In this document: piece after piece, positions 48,711 to 60,592 of the stretch
How positions within the stretch are numbered: the first letter of the stretch is position 1
How the letters are laid out: each line of letters starts with the position of its first letter
Origin: Takakia lepidozioides
Taxonomy: Eukaryota; Plantae; Bryophyta
Direction: 5' to 3'
NCBI GenBank assembly: GCA_030704615.1
Contig: CM060732.1
Location: forward strand, 44,454,001 to 44,518,000
Length of the DNA: 64,000 nucleotides
Translations under genes and position numbers: made by a program
The notes under the pieces: generated by a model
What the model saw: only the letters and a program-made list of their open reading frames with translations
Told to the model about the DNA's origin: nothing
Database searches by the model: none

Positions 48711-50971
48711 ATGGTGAGCCTCGAATTACTACAATTGACAGTTTAGCTCTCAATCTTCAAGGAGGATCATTTCATAGAGGTACAGAAGGGCGACCCCTGC
48801 TCTTCTTACAGTGTGATCGAGGAGATATAATCGAAGGCGTACCCTCAATCGGTACGGATCATTTCATAAAGGTACATAAGGGAGACCCCTGCTCTTCTTA
48901 CATCTTACAGTGTGATGTCACGGATGAGGACAATTACAATATGGTTACTGTAGCTTTGGAAGAACTTATGGCGAGTGTGCATGAGCATGGATAAGATTCA
49001 CGACTATTTTAAGAAAATAGTTTCAAAGGACAAATGGGTTACATCTTCAATATCTGCAGTAGAGGTGAGCATTCTCAAAAACGTTGGCAATGCTTTTGAC
49101 CTACATATTGTAGATGGAGTTGAACAAGATGATACAAGAATTGTAAGTACTTTTCTTATCACATGTTATGATATTTTCATTTTAAATGTTTCGAATTTGT
49201 TGGTACTACAAGTATAAGTATGTTGTTTTTATTGTTATCACATTGTATTTACATTTATTTGAGATATCTGTGCATGTATCTTTTTATCCAACGTACTTCA
49301 TGGAATTCAACGAGCTGACTAACATCAACAGTAGTGGTGCACCAGCCTGTGTTCTATTGAAGAACATTGCGTGTTCAAAATCGGGGTCTTTGAGATTGAT
49401 CACCATACCAGCGAACATCGTGGTGATTCTGGTTTCTACCATGAATTAACTTATTCACGATGTTCATATACGATGGAATAGTTTTTTAACGATTCGCAAA
49501 GCAAGTTATTTTTTAAAGCCACTCCCAGTTCCATTGTTTTTTCTCTTCTCAGTTGAACTTCATATGATTGGTTTGATATCAACTTGGTGTACTAGGTCTC
49601 AGAGAAATTGCATGTTATCTCACCAACCATATGAGATACCAAAGAGGTTTGTCAAAATGTCATTTCTCTCAAATTTGTGTTGTACAATCCAATGTTGGTC
49701 ATCATTTCTGTCAGTTTTGTGGATTGTTGACTGATATTGAAGAAGAACCTCAAGTGAAATGTTATGTGCTAATGTTTAATATCACCAACATGATTAATAC
49801 TGTAAATACCATTGATATTGAAAGCTCTTAGATTTTTCATTAAAAGTGTTTTATGAAGCTTCAGGACATCAGCTTTCGAGATTTTGAAAACAATTTCAAT
49901 CCAGTTTCCTGTGAGCGTTGCTATTACATTTTCTTCCGTGTCAGTTGTAACGTAACATTTCGCTTCAAGTTCTTCTTCGATATCAATAATCCGCAAAACT
50001 GACAAAAAGGATGACCATCCTTGGACTATACAATAGAAATTTGAGAGAGATGACATTTTTGACAAACCTCTTTGATAGGTCGTACGGTTGGTGAGATCAC
50101 ATGCAAGTTTCTTAAGACCTGGCAATCCGAGTCAACATCAAATCAATAATCTGAAGTTCAAAGGAAGGAAAAAAAAAAAAGGATCTGCAAGTGGTTTTAA
50201 AATTATTTAATTTGTAAATCGTTAAAAAAATAGTCCTTCGTGTATTAACTGTGAATGATAGTAAATTCATTGTGAGTCTCCTCGTTAGGAATTGGAATCA
50301 TGGTGCTTGCTGGTATAGTGATCAATCTCAACGAACCTGATTTTGAACATGCGATATTCTTAACTAGAACAGAGGTTGGTGCACCGCTCTTGTAGATATT
50401 AGTCGGCTCGTTGAACTCCATGAAGTACTTTGGATAGAAAGATACAGCACAAATATCTCATATAAATACAAATACAATTTGATAACAATAAGCACTACAT
50501 ACTTATACTTGTAGTAGTAACCCCTAGCCGTTATTTTTCGACCGTTGTGACTTCTTTTCATTTAATTTGATTAAAAGGGCCACAGTCCCTTTTTTAAAAT
50601 AATAATAAATAAAAATCTAGTAACATGTCATAGGAAAAATACTTACAATAAGTTCTTGTACCATCCTATTCAGCTCCATCGCAATCTGTAGGTCGAAAGT
50701 ATTGCCAATGTTTCCGAGAATGCTCACCGCTACCTCAGATATTGAAGCGGTGGCCCATATCATTTTCAATTTGGACGAATGTACGTTCATCATAAGTTTT
50801 TCCAGAGTTATTGTAGCCGTCCTGATCAGTGACATCACAATGTAGGAAGAGCAGGGTCTCCCTTTTGCATCTCTATCAAAAGATCTGTACCGTTGAGGAT
50901 ACGACCTTTGAATACACCTCCTGGAAGATTGAGGGCCAAAGTGTCTATTGTAGTAATTCTAGGCCCACCAT
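48711..50971. repeat. Large diverged inverted repeat (arms ~48711-49767 and ~49948-50971) carrying a decayed coding sequence
   Basis: Collinear reverse-complement matches along ~1.05 kb, for example 48712/50970, 48881/50862, 49062/50730, 49204/50517, 49640/50074 and 49741/49977. Confidence 0.9.
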
Positions 50972-51040
50972 CCAGACCATATATGTATATATACTGGCAT
51001 GCATATCAATGATCTATGAAGCAAGATTGTTTGTTTTGTC

Positions 51041-51640
51041 TTTGAGATCTCCCAAACCGCTGGCCCCAGCCCTGGTGCTTGGTACCCTTGGAAAGCCCTC
51101 GATGAGGAGGGGTGCATCGGCTTGGTCTCATAATTTTTCGACCTGCGGTGTGGGAGATATGGAATTTCAAGTACCTTTGGTCGCTGGAAATTCGTGAAAA
51201 ACTAGCAAAGTGGGCTTTCCTTGAGCAATGATTGGCCCTTCATTTGTTTTTCTGTGCACATGGGGTTTTTTTTTTTAAATAGTGGCGTTCACAATATTGT
51301 TTGTAGTGTCGTTGAGATCTCCCAAACCGGGGGGCCTCTGCCCACGATTTTAATACCGTTGGAAAGCCCTTGATGAGTAGGGGTGCACCGACTTGGTCTC
51401 ATAATTTTTGGGCTTGCGGAGAGGGAGATATGGAATTTGAAGTACTTTTGGTAGTTGAAAAATCGTGAAAAATAGCAAAGTGGGCTTTCTTGGGACAATG
51501 ATTGAATCTATTAATATATCAAGCCTCGACAGGAGATATATCAATATATGAAGCCTTGATAAGAGACGCACTTGGATACATAGAAGATTGCATAGTGGGC
51601 TTTCTTGGAACAATGACGTGGAGATCTCCCAAACTGCAGG
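51041..51640. repeat. Direct repeats of ~190 bp x2 plus a partial third copy
   Basis: ttgagatctcccaaaccg...ttggaaagccct.gatgag.aggggtgca..g.cttggtctcataatttt...gggagatatggaattt.aagtac...tagcaaagtgggcttt at 51042 and 51312. Confidence 0.85.
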
Positions 51641-52266
51641 GTCTCTAGATACATAGGGGATTGCACTTGGACTCAGATGACACGGGACACTTGGGCTAAC
51701 GGGCTAACGGGACACAAGCTGACTTAAAATCCTTCGTGGCCTTCTTGTCCTAAAAATATGATCGCAACTGATACTAGCATCCTTAATCGTGCAATGCAAC
51801 GCATTATATCAGGTGAAGTTCGAGATGGAAAGGTTTTATCCTTTGATGAAGCTTATCTGGACGAGCAGAGCGAAACACAAGAAGCTTAAGGTACTTCTCT
51901 TGTTCCTGGTCGCTCTATCACCACTTAATTTGCATTATCTATTGGGTATGCAATGGTTTGAGAAGTTCTGCCTCTTCAAAATTTTGTTGTTGCATTTGTA
52001 CTGCTCTATATGATCATCTGTGTTTCCTTCTTTTTCCGGCAGGCAGGCAGGCAGCAGATGCAATTGGTGATAGTGTCATCTCTATGGCAGTTAAGCACCA
52101 TGAGAACAAACTGGAAATGCATCCTTCTGAGAGAAGACGTGCAACACCTCCACTTGTTCTGAGGTGGCATTCTGATCTTCTTCAGTCAGACAAGCTGCTC
52201 TTGAGGAAGCTATGAAGAAATATGATAAAGTTGCTAGTTCTTCAACAACGACATGTATTGGAGGTC

Positions 52267-52789
52267 ACCAGTTTCACAATCTTCAGCACGGTAACATTAC
52301 CGGCTGTCACAGATCCTACGACTGCTGCTGGGCTTTTTCGCAACATGCAGTCTGTTGATCCCTAGTGACTTTGCACAAAGTTGATAGCTATCAAATGGTT
52401 GTGTGTACCTACAGTGTATATCAATACTGACATGATTCATCTTCAACAAGCCACATTCCTGTAGAGGCATCTGAATTTTGTACCAACACTGATTAGATTG
52501 ATGACATCAGTTAAAGATATCTTGAGGGCGCACCAGTTTCACAATCTTCAGCACGGTAACTACCGGCTGTCACAGATCCTACGACTTGCTGCTGGGCTTT
52601 TTCGCAACATGCAGTCTGTTGATCCCTAGTGACTTTGCACAAAGTTGATAGCTATCAAATGGTTGTGTGTACCTACAGTGTATATCAATACTGACATGAT
52701 TCATCTTCAACAAGCCACATTCCTGTAGAGGCATCTGAATTTTGTACCCACACTGATTAGATTGATGACATCAGTTAAAGATATCTTGA
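52267..52789. repeat. Near-perfect 259-bp tandem duplication (52267-52525 and 52531-52789)
   Basis: caccagtttcacaatc...aaagatatcttga occurs twice with about 3 differences. Confidence 0.95.
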
Positions 52790-54095
52790 TACTCAAAATT
52801 TCATTGGAACCACTTCCATTGTGGATTCTTGCACCAATTTCTACCGCCCATTCTCGTAAATGCTACAAACATTTAGATGTGATTCTACAATGTTTACTCC
52901 CACATTGAGGCAGCATAGAAACATTTTTTACAGCTATCAATGCTCGACTTACTCAATTGAATCAGTCAACAACGTGTTCCAAATTTTAGGAGCAGTTCAA
53001 TGAGCATCGTCAAATGGGGGGTGCCAGGGAAACACTAGAAAAAGAAAAAGGTCTGTAAAACAAAAATCAGAGGACCTTACAGAGGGGACCTTATACATGT
53101 AAGGTTCCACTTCGAAAGTTCTGCCATGTACCGTCCCTCCAAATACAAAGGGACATTTCTGGAAGAGCTTCACGTTGTGTTGAGAGTGCAGGGATACTGC
53201 ACTCTTGCAATCTGTCACTACACAGAATTTATGAGGCCACGGACAAGATTAGTTTGATGGAGCCCACAGGCCCGGTGCCAAGGCAATTGTATATATGCAT
53301 AGATCTACATCTCCGGTTGAATCCATCAACTGGCATGCAGATAGACGATCATAGCATGGAATCCAACCTGGGCTAAGTACTTGGTAGGAAGGTGATCCTG
53401 CACAGCGCACCTACACACGTCCAGTATTAGCGTGATTCTCTAAGTTGGGCTCAGGAGGTGAAAGCTACAAAGAACACCAAAAGAGCACTACAAAAGGAAC
53501 AATCCACAATCCACAATGCCCAAGTCTATTTGCACAAGCAGTGAAATCATGAATGTGGTGGGGTTCTTGCACCCTGTACAAATCTTGCTTGATTGTTAAC
53601 ACACATCTTGCTCATCTGATAAGCATCTTGCTTCTTGTCCGAATCTGACATTGTAAAGATCCAGGCTCAACAGAGATAATGTGTTTCTGAACTGGTCAAG
53701 GTAGAAGAAACTCGAGCAAAAGTTCCTGGTACATAATACACATAGTTCGTCCTTAGTCCGCCTCAGAGTCCAACACAGAACCCTCGATTTCTTAAGCTCA
53801 CACTCTTTGCTTGTCAAAACTTGATTCCTTGTACACCTATGGACATGATCTGTACAGCAAGTGTACAGTGTCACAACGGTTCTCGCTTGCAACAGATATC
53901 GGAGCTTGCATCTGCCCTGCCTGCCAGGAACCTGGTAGACAGATTGAGAGAATTCGGTTATGTATGTACAGGAACTTTTGGTCCCGCGCACACTATATCA
54001 GATAACCTCAGTCAACCCTCACGACTCTTCAAGCTTGCCAGGTTGCCTCCGCCAACGTTACTCCTGTATATTCCCGTCTGATAAAGGTGTTGCGC

Positions 54096-56342
54096 CTAGT
54101 CCACAACAGCGAGCTCTTGATACATGGGCCCAGCAATGGCCTTCTCCATCGCCAACAAGGGGGAAATCTCTCCGTCATTCTCCAGAAACATCTTCAACAA
54201 GTTCTTAGAAAACCCAGACACCATGGCTACTCCCACTTGGTTTTTCACTACTGGTGTGCTCCGTGAATCTCTCAAATTCCAGAAAACTATCTCAGGCAGC
54301 GTCCCGTAGCCTGCCTTCCTGAACTTGAGCGTGATTACCTCGTAATCCGTCTCCCAGCTGGTAGATGGCTGCGTAACATTCCGAGTCCCAGAGAGCAGGC
54401 TTTGCAAACTGGCTGACTCGTAGCCCCTGGTAGCCTCATCAAACTCCATATCACTGAAAACAAAAATGCGTTTAATCATCTTGCTGGGGGGCAACCTGTG
54501 GATCACCGCCAGATGCAGAATTCGGTCAAACACAGCCTGAAAGTTTGTGTTCATGTCCCATTGCATTCTGGAAGTGAACTGGTACTTTTCAGCAAGGGTG
54601 GAACCAGCCACCAGATGAAGTTGAGGGGTCTGGCTGAATGTGATCACGTAACCCTTCCATGGCTCTTCGCAGAGCTCGGACACGAGAAGGCCCAACGCAA
54701 TACAGACTTCAAGTGGCTCTCCCCTCATACTCCCTGACACATCACACACTGCCAAACAGTTGCTCAACTTTCCCTTCTGCTGCAGATCCTCCACCATGCG
54801 TTTCCACTGCAATTCGGCGACCGTGGCTGAGGTCTGGCCCACCTTCTTCACTGCATCCGCCAATATCTCGTGCGGTAGCAACGCACCCGCTGCGATTTTC
54901 CGCTTGCCTGCAGTCACATCCTCCAGATATTGTTTGAAATTCTCCCCGTCGTGCTTCTCAAAAATTTCTTTGTACATTTTCATGGCTACCGACCCCACAC
55001 GCTTGTAAGACAGCTCCTTCCACCGCTGTGCACTCATGAACACCTCAGGGAGCTCCAAGGTCTTGCGCAAGGGCACCAACACCTCCTTGCGCAGCCTCTC
55101 ACGCACACGATACACGTAATGCTTCTCCTCCAACCCAGAATACTCAGGATACATTTCCTTGGGAAAGAGACGGCGAGCAATGGCCTCACACATCAGGATA
55201 CGCAAATCATACGAGGAATCCAAGGAAGGTACCCACTTAGCAGCCAAGCTTATGTCAAAGAGCTTGTTATCCTTCAAGGCTGCTGCATCTTTAACCAGCT
55301 GATCCGCGAACATTTGAGCCATTGCAGAATGCAGAGCCTTGAACTCTGGGTTTTCCGAGTAATTCGTCAGGACCCGGGTGGCCAAGTCCAACCTCCTCTT
55401 CTGGCGTAACACAGCCGCTCTCTCACTAGCAACCTTGTCCTCGCTCTCTTGTGCAGCGATCCTCTCTGCCTTCGGCTTCAGAATTCCCGCATCTCTTGCT
55501 GCTCTGGCAGCAGCACCCTTCCGGGCCCAGTATCCAGAAGGCTTCGTGGCGCGGGGAGCACACCTCGCCCACTTGGGCTTGCGACCCTTCCAAGAGCTTT
55601 TCGAAGAGCTTGTTTCTGTGATCAGGGACTTGCCGTCTGCTGCCCTGGCTTTGCCCGCCTTGACGACAGCATCATGCTGCCGCTTCTCCTCCATCCGGCG
55701 CTCAGTTTCATCGGGCCCCTCCACGATTCGCAGCAGCAGCTCCAGAAGATCCTTGAAGTAGCCAAAGGCTGCCACCAGGGGCACGTTGGCCAAGAGTGTA
55801 GCGGGATGGAATTGGTGCAGCCACAGTGCAGCTGTATAGAAACCGCGTTTGTCTGATTTGCCGGTGCCCCGAACGCCTCGCAGGTGGAAGATCAGCTTCA
55901 ACGCGGTGAGGGGGTCCTCCTGCCATGCCTGCCCCACCAGCTCCGTAATCTCTAAGGCCGATGTGCTAGGGACAACCTGGAAGAACAAGTCGAGGCAGGC
56001 GCTGCCTGATCCCAGAAATGTTACTGAGTCGTTCTCAGTCCTGCCAAGAGGAGGTAGACCGAGCATGCTCCTCCTTAGCATCTGTATGAAAGGATCAAGT
56101 AATTCCGGTGGGTCTATCAGGCCCCTATTGGACTCTGAGTTGCTCTGAGCAGTCCTGCCAGGAGGAGGTAGACCTTCTCCGAGATGTAATTCCGGTGGGC
56201 CTGTCAGCCCCATGTCGATGGACTCTGATCCCCTCCGTGCAGCGACAGCATCACTATGAATCAGCTCTGGCGTCAGCATGATTTTAGGCCCGCAAGAGAA
56301 CACTAGCCTTCTTGCAGTCACCCTGGACGATAAACCGAGCAT
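54096..56342 (-). CDS. Intronless DUF2828-family protein with C-terminal vWA domain, up to 748 aa
   Basis: GRTENDSVTFLGSGSACLDLFF, AWQEDPLTALKLIFHLRGVRGTGKSD, FGYFKDL, ISLAAKW, AGALLPHEI, MIDAS-like AVCDVSGSM, FVFSDMEFD, PEIVFWNLR and VSGFSKNLLKMFL. Confidence 0.92.
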   Translation of the reverse strand: MLGLSSRVTARRLVFSCGPKIMLTPELIHSDAVAARRGSESIDMGLTGPPELHLGEGLPPPGRTAQSNSESNRGLIDPPELLDPFIQMLRRSMLGLPPLGRTENDSVTFLGSGSACLDLFFQVVPSTSALEITELVGQAWQEDPLTALKLIFHLRGVRGTGKSDKRGFYTAALWLHQFHPATLLANVPLVAAFGYFKDLLELLLRIVEGPDETERRMEEKRQHDAVVKAGKARAADGKSLITETSSSKSSWKGRKPKWARCAPRATKPSGYWARKGAAARAARDAGILKPKAERIAAQESEDKVASERAAVLRQKRRLDLATRVLTNYSENPEFKALHSAMAQMFADQLVKDAAALKDNKLFDISLAAKWVPSLDSSYDLRILMCEAIARRLFPKEMYPEYSGLEEKHYVYRVRERLRKEVLVPLRKTLELPEVFMSAQRWKELSYKRVGSVAMKMYKEIFEKHDGENFKQYLEDVTAGKRKIAAGALLPHEILADAVKKVGQTSATVAELQWKRMVEDLQQKGKLSNCLAVCDVSGSMRGEPLEVCIALGLLVSELCEEPWKGYVITFSQTPQLHLVAGSTLAEKYQFTSRMQWDMNTNFQAVFDRILHLAVIHRLPPSKMIKRIFVFSDMEFDEATRGYESASLQSLLSGTRNVTQPSTSWETDYEVITLKFRKAGYGTLPEIVFWNLRDSRSTPVVKNQVGVAMVSGFSKNLLKMFLENDGEISPLLAMEKAIAGPMYQELAVVD

Positions 56343-57988
56343 AAAACTCCACTATGAAGAAAAACAACAAAGAAAATATGGCAGTTTTGTAGTATATCAA
56401 AGATTTCACAGAGAAGAGCTGCCAACTCTAACTGTAAGATGAGCGGCCGATATGATTAAGTGCAGCACACTACCTAAGCCCGTGATGGGATTGAAAGATC
56501 ATCCTCTAGCGGATACAATACACGGATTACGAGTTGCTCATGCAGCACACTACGTAAACTGATGGGAAGGGGCAGACAGGAAGAAAATCAAACGCCCAAA
56601 GCATTAGCATGGGCGCAGCAGAGATGTAAGACAGAAGACTCTGAAAAGATGGGTTGGCAAATATATATGGCGGATCAGTGCCCATCGCTTGATTTCTTGC
56701 GCTGCAAGTAACTGCGGTTCTATGCATGCGTGTCGGATCTGCGATCTTCCCACGTTCATCTCAGTTCGACCATCAAACTTCTTACTATACTTATCGTTAG
56801 TGTTTTCCTGTTCCGATTAGTCCAATTGTGACTTCAACTCCTGTTGCCGCCATACCAAGCTGTTGGCCTCATTCTGTTCTTTACTCATACGCCTACAGAC
56901 TATCCTCACATCTGATGTAGGGTGTGATAACTTGTATGGTACGCAAGCTTGGTGTAAGAGGAACTTGGTGCAATCACAAAGCACCAGAGTGCAATGTCTG
57001 CATGGTCAGGAATGGAATGTCTGTACATTTCACAGCATACCTTCAATAGCCGAGGGTTTTTGTGGAAGACGAAAGGCATTTTTTGGTTGGCCATGGACCC
57101 CAAAGGAATTGATTGAGTCAAATCCTTGAGGAATTCCTTTTCCAAGTACCCTCAGTCAACTTCCGTCTGGAGGTCCTACCAATGATGAAAGTAAATTGAA
57201 CACTCCATGTTAGATTGGTTCTGTCAAGGTCTTCCTATCTACCCTGTGTGGAAGGTACATGAAAAGTGATCCATATATCATAGTAAGCTAAAGATTGGGG
57301 TGCAGAGTGATCCCACAATTACATCTGGCATTCCCCTGCTTTAGGATTCAATGTTTCTAAAGCAGCTATGATGATGCCACCCGGCATTGCCCCAAATATA
57401 CAGTCTGTATAAATGTTGAAAAGGTGGACCTCCTCACTTTAAAACCTTCACCTCACAACAGTCAAGAGGCAGAATACTGCCAGGGATTCTGGCTGCTTTC
57501 TTCACAACTGAAAATTTGTATGGGCGTGTATGGGGGGGGGGGGGGTGACTGAGCAGCAGCTGCTCTTTGGTCTGTCGGGTTCCTGATCTACATTGGGAAT
57601 CAATTGGATCCAATGGAGATATGAACAGTGGATGCAGTCTAAACCATGATAGGCAATGCAACCCTTACTGGATGAGAGACAAGCACTATCTTTCTCTATT
57701 GGAATGTCCTCATTGTTGTATTTTGTTTATCTATTTGGACCACAAAGGTGTTTTTGAAGCCTTCTGACATGAAACCACTAGTATTTTAGGTTCAGCATCA
57801 GCAACATTGCCAGTACTGAGACTAACAGATTAGTCATAGGCTGCACTTGCACCATCATCTGTCCGGATGTCGTTGTTGATGCTGCAGTCTGGGCGGCCAA
57901 CGGTGAACTGCACATTCAACCCCACAAGATGGAGCTTCAGGAAACATATCATCAAGGTCCACACATTTACCTTGGGACTGAGAAGGTA

Positions 57989-60592
57989 CTACAGGCTGTA
58001 GGGATAGAAAATAGTTCACTGGAACCATATAGTAGTAGACATCAGTAGCTCTCCTATCAACAGCACTAGACTGTTCTATTTGTCCTGTAAATTGCATTAA
58101 TCTAAACTTTTTCGTATCAGCAAAACTTCAGAGAAAGGCACAACAAAATGTCAACTCGAAAAATGGTATTCAAGTATGTTACCTGGCTGTAAAAATGCAC
58201 GACCCATAGCCTGCACAGACATCCATCCATCCCATGCAATTAACATGAGTGACAACAGATAGCAATCCCAGCAGGGTTCCTACTGCAACACCATACCTTC
58301 AGTAGTCTGCATGACATCTGCTCCCATCCATCCCCCCCGACCGCCTGATAAGCGCTACTTTGGGAGCAAGATAGAAGAATGTCAAATTTGAGAACAACTT
58401 ACTTGGATCAGTTGTTGTAAGAGTTGCAGTTCCTTGGAAATCACAGGTTCCCAAGGCCATGTTATTCTTTTGAAAGTAGCTGTTCATTGCGTATGAGGCA
58501 TGAGCTTCCTTTGAGTTGGGTGTGTAGCATGGCATACCCACTTGGATCTCTGAGCAGTCAGCCCTCCCTTGCCCACAAGCATAATCTATGGCTGCCTGCA
58601 AACTGTTGTCACTAGCCCCCTGTTTCCACCAGAACAACCCCAGCATGAGTAGGGCAATCAGATGGACTTTGAAAGCTAACTAAACGTGACTTCTATTTTA
58701 TACCATAGCAGCCAAGGTGGTATCACCAATCCCACCAGATCAACCACAGTGCGGTGGCTCCTGAAGAGAACAACTTTACACTTCTATATGACATTGACAT
58801 AAAACTAAGGCATTGCGTACTTCAAAGCATGCCCCTGAAACCTGTAGTGATGTGCATCCTGACCTGTTTTGCAACACACCATGTCTTGTTGGTTGTTACT
58901 GTGGAAGGCGTGTCTGTAATGCCACTTCCGGATAGGTCCACAGCATACACTGCAGACATGTCTGCATTGAAGATACCACAGTTGCGCTGAGAGGAGGGGC
59001 CTACATTCTTATCCTCGTTGAAAAGCTCATAGACATAGGTCATGATTACAACGCCAGGTCTGCCAGGAGTCCCAGTCTTGTTAAGCACATGCTTGATGAG
59101 ATTACTGTTGTAGGTTTGAGCGTTTGTAGCTGACACCCCAAGCTCAGTGGGATCCCCCTGTGATGGCCACCCCGTCTCACTCACCACAATGGTGAGGTCC
59201 GTGTGATTGAGTGCAGCCATGGCCGTGTAAGTAGCATCCACGAGAGCATCAAACGCATTGGTGTAAAGGAATCCGGTACTGGAATCTACAACTCCTGGGT
59301 TGGGCCGGAATAGCGCATAGTCTAGACTAATCACTTGTGAGCTTTGCTGGTAGGCTTTGAAGGGGTAGACATTGAGCATGAAGAATGATCCTGTCTGTGA
59401 AAGAAAGTCTAGTATGGGCTGCACCACTGGTTTGGCATAAGTACTGTTGAAGGCTCCAGATGACGGTGGGAAAGTGTTGTCGAGTAAGCCCACTGCGCAG
59501 GGGCTCGAAACTTTGATTTGGCTGTCTAAGCCAAACGACACCAGCGAAGTGTGAATTAACTTTATCGCGGGGAGCAGCATCGCAGACAGTGACGGGTCGC
59601 TAGTCAGAGCCTCATTGCCAACGGCGATGCAAGTAATGTTGCATGTTGATGCATAGGGCACAATGTTGTCTTTCACCCACTTGAAGGCCGACGCATTGCT
59701 CCCTCCAATGCTCAACACCTCAGAATTCATTGCGCCCACTATGAGCTGGATGTTGGAGCCTTGGAAGGCTTGCAGCACTGCAGAGTTCGTGTCATAGATG
59801 CGCGCCTGCGTAATGCCCTGTTTTTTTAGCAGCTGCACCGCTTGTTGAGGCGTTGGCAGATTATCACCATTGGTTCCATAGTTTACCCCTATTGAGGCTC
59901 CTGCATGCCACACCCAACCCCTCCTTTGAGTACCAACACACAAAGTATGCATTGAATGAGCAAAGAATCGATTCGGCCTCCGAAAGAATCGACTGGCACA
60001 TAAACATCTCTTCCTGGAATCCACATTGGAGTAACCGAGCGCTGAATACTCAGATTCACCGACGATTGAAAGCCTTTGAATCCCCCTAAGCTACAGTGCT
60101 GGAACACATCAGAGGTCAGCACAGCGCACATTTCATCACACAACTGCCATAGGCATATCACTGTTCCTTCTTGTAGTTCTGCCTTCTCCGGCACTTGTGC
60201 TAGTTAATATCAACTGACGATTTCGGCTTGGCACTTGCTGGACGGCCAATTTCACATTAGGATTGTGTGAGTCAACACAATGTCAGGACACCAGGTGAGG
60301 AGTTTCTTCAGGACTAAATAGTACCACATTGCATCGAATGAATCAAACTAACCAGTCGGAGACCGAACCACGGCAGCACTGATTAACTCCTCAGGCCTTC
60401 TAAAGCAGCTGAGTACGTAGCAAAAAATTGCATTTGTATGGAGAACTCCGGGGAAGGTGAGGGAGGGAGAATCAGAGGAGATTCGAGGTTGCAGAATGCT
60501 CGAACAGCCTTACCTGCACTGGAGAAAAGGAAGAACATGCACAGAGCATGCAACAGAGCGCAGCCTTGGGCTGCACTCAGTGGTGCCACCAT
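57989..60592 (-). CDS. Glucan endo-1,3-beta-glucosidase (GH17 plus X8/CBM43), ~455 aa; exons 60592-60514, 59900-58864, 58619-58403, 58210-58183 and a tentative 57995-57989
   Basis: Signal peptide, IGVNYG, AVGNE (acid/base), NVYPF, VVSETGWPS (nucleophile), YELFNED, and X8 WCVAK...LQAAIDYACG..ADC..IQ...C..PN...HASYAMNSYFQ...CDFQG. The last exon is uncertain. Confidence 0.93.

Noticed and set aside
51789-52215. Possible two-exon gene fragment
   Set aside because: Splice-like sites exist but the frames stop early and no family was recognised.
54124-56148. Plus-strand ORFs opposite the DUF2828 gene, and similar ones opposite DWF1, MutS2 and NPF
   Set aside because: These are antisense shadow ORFs of real coding sequence with no motifs of their own.
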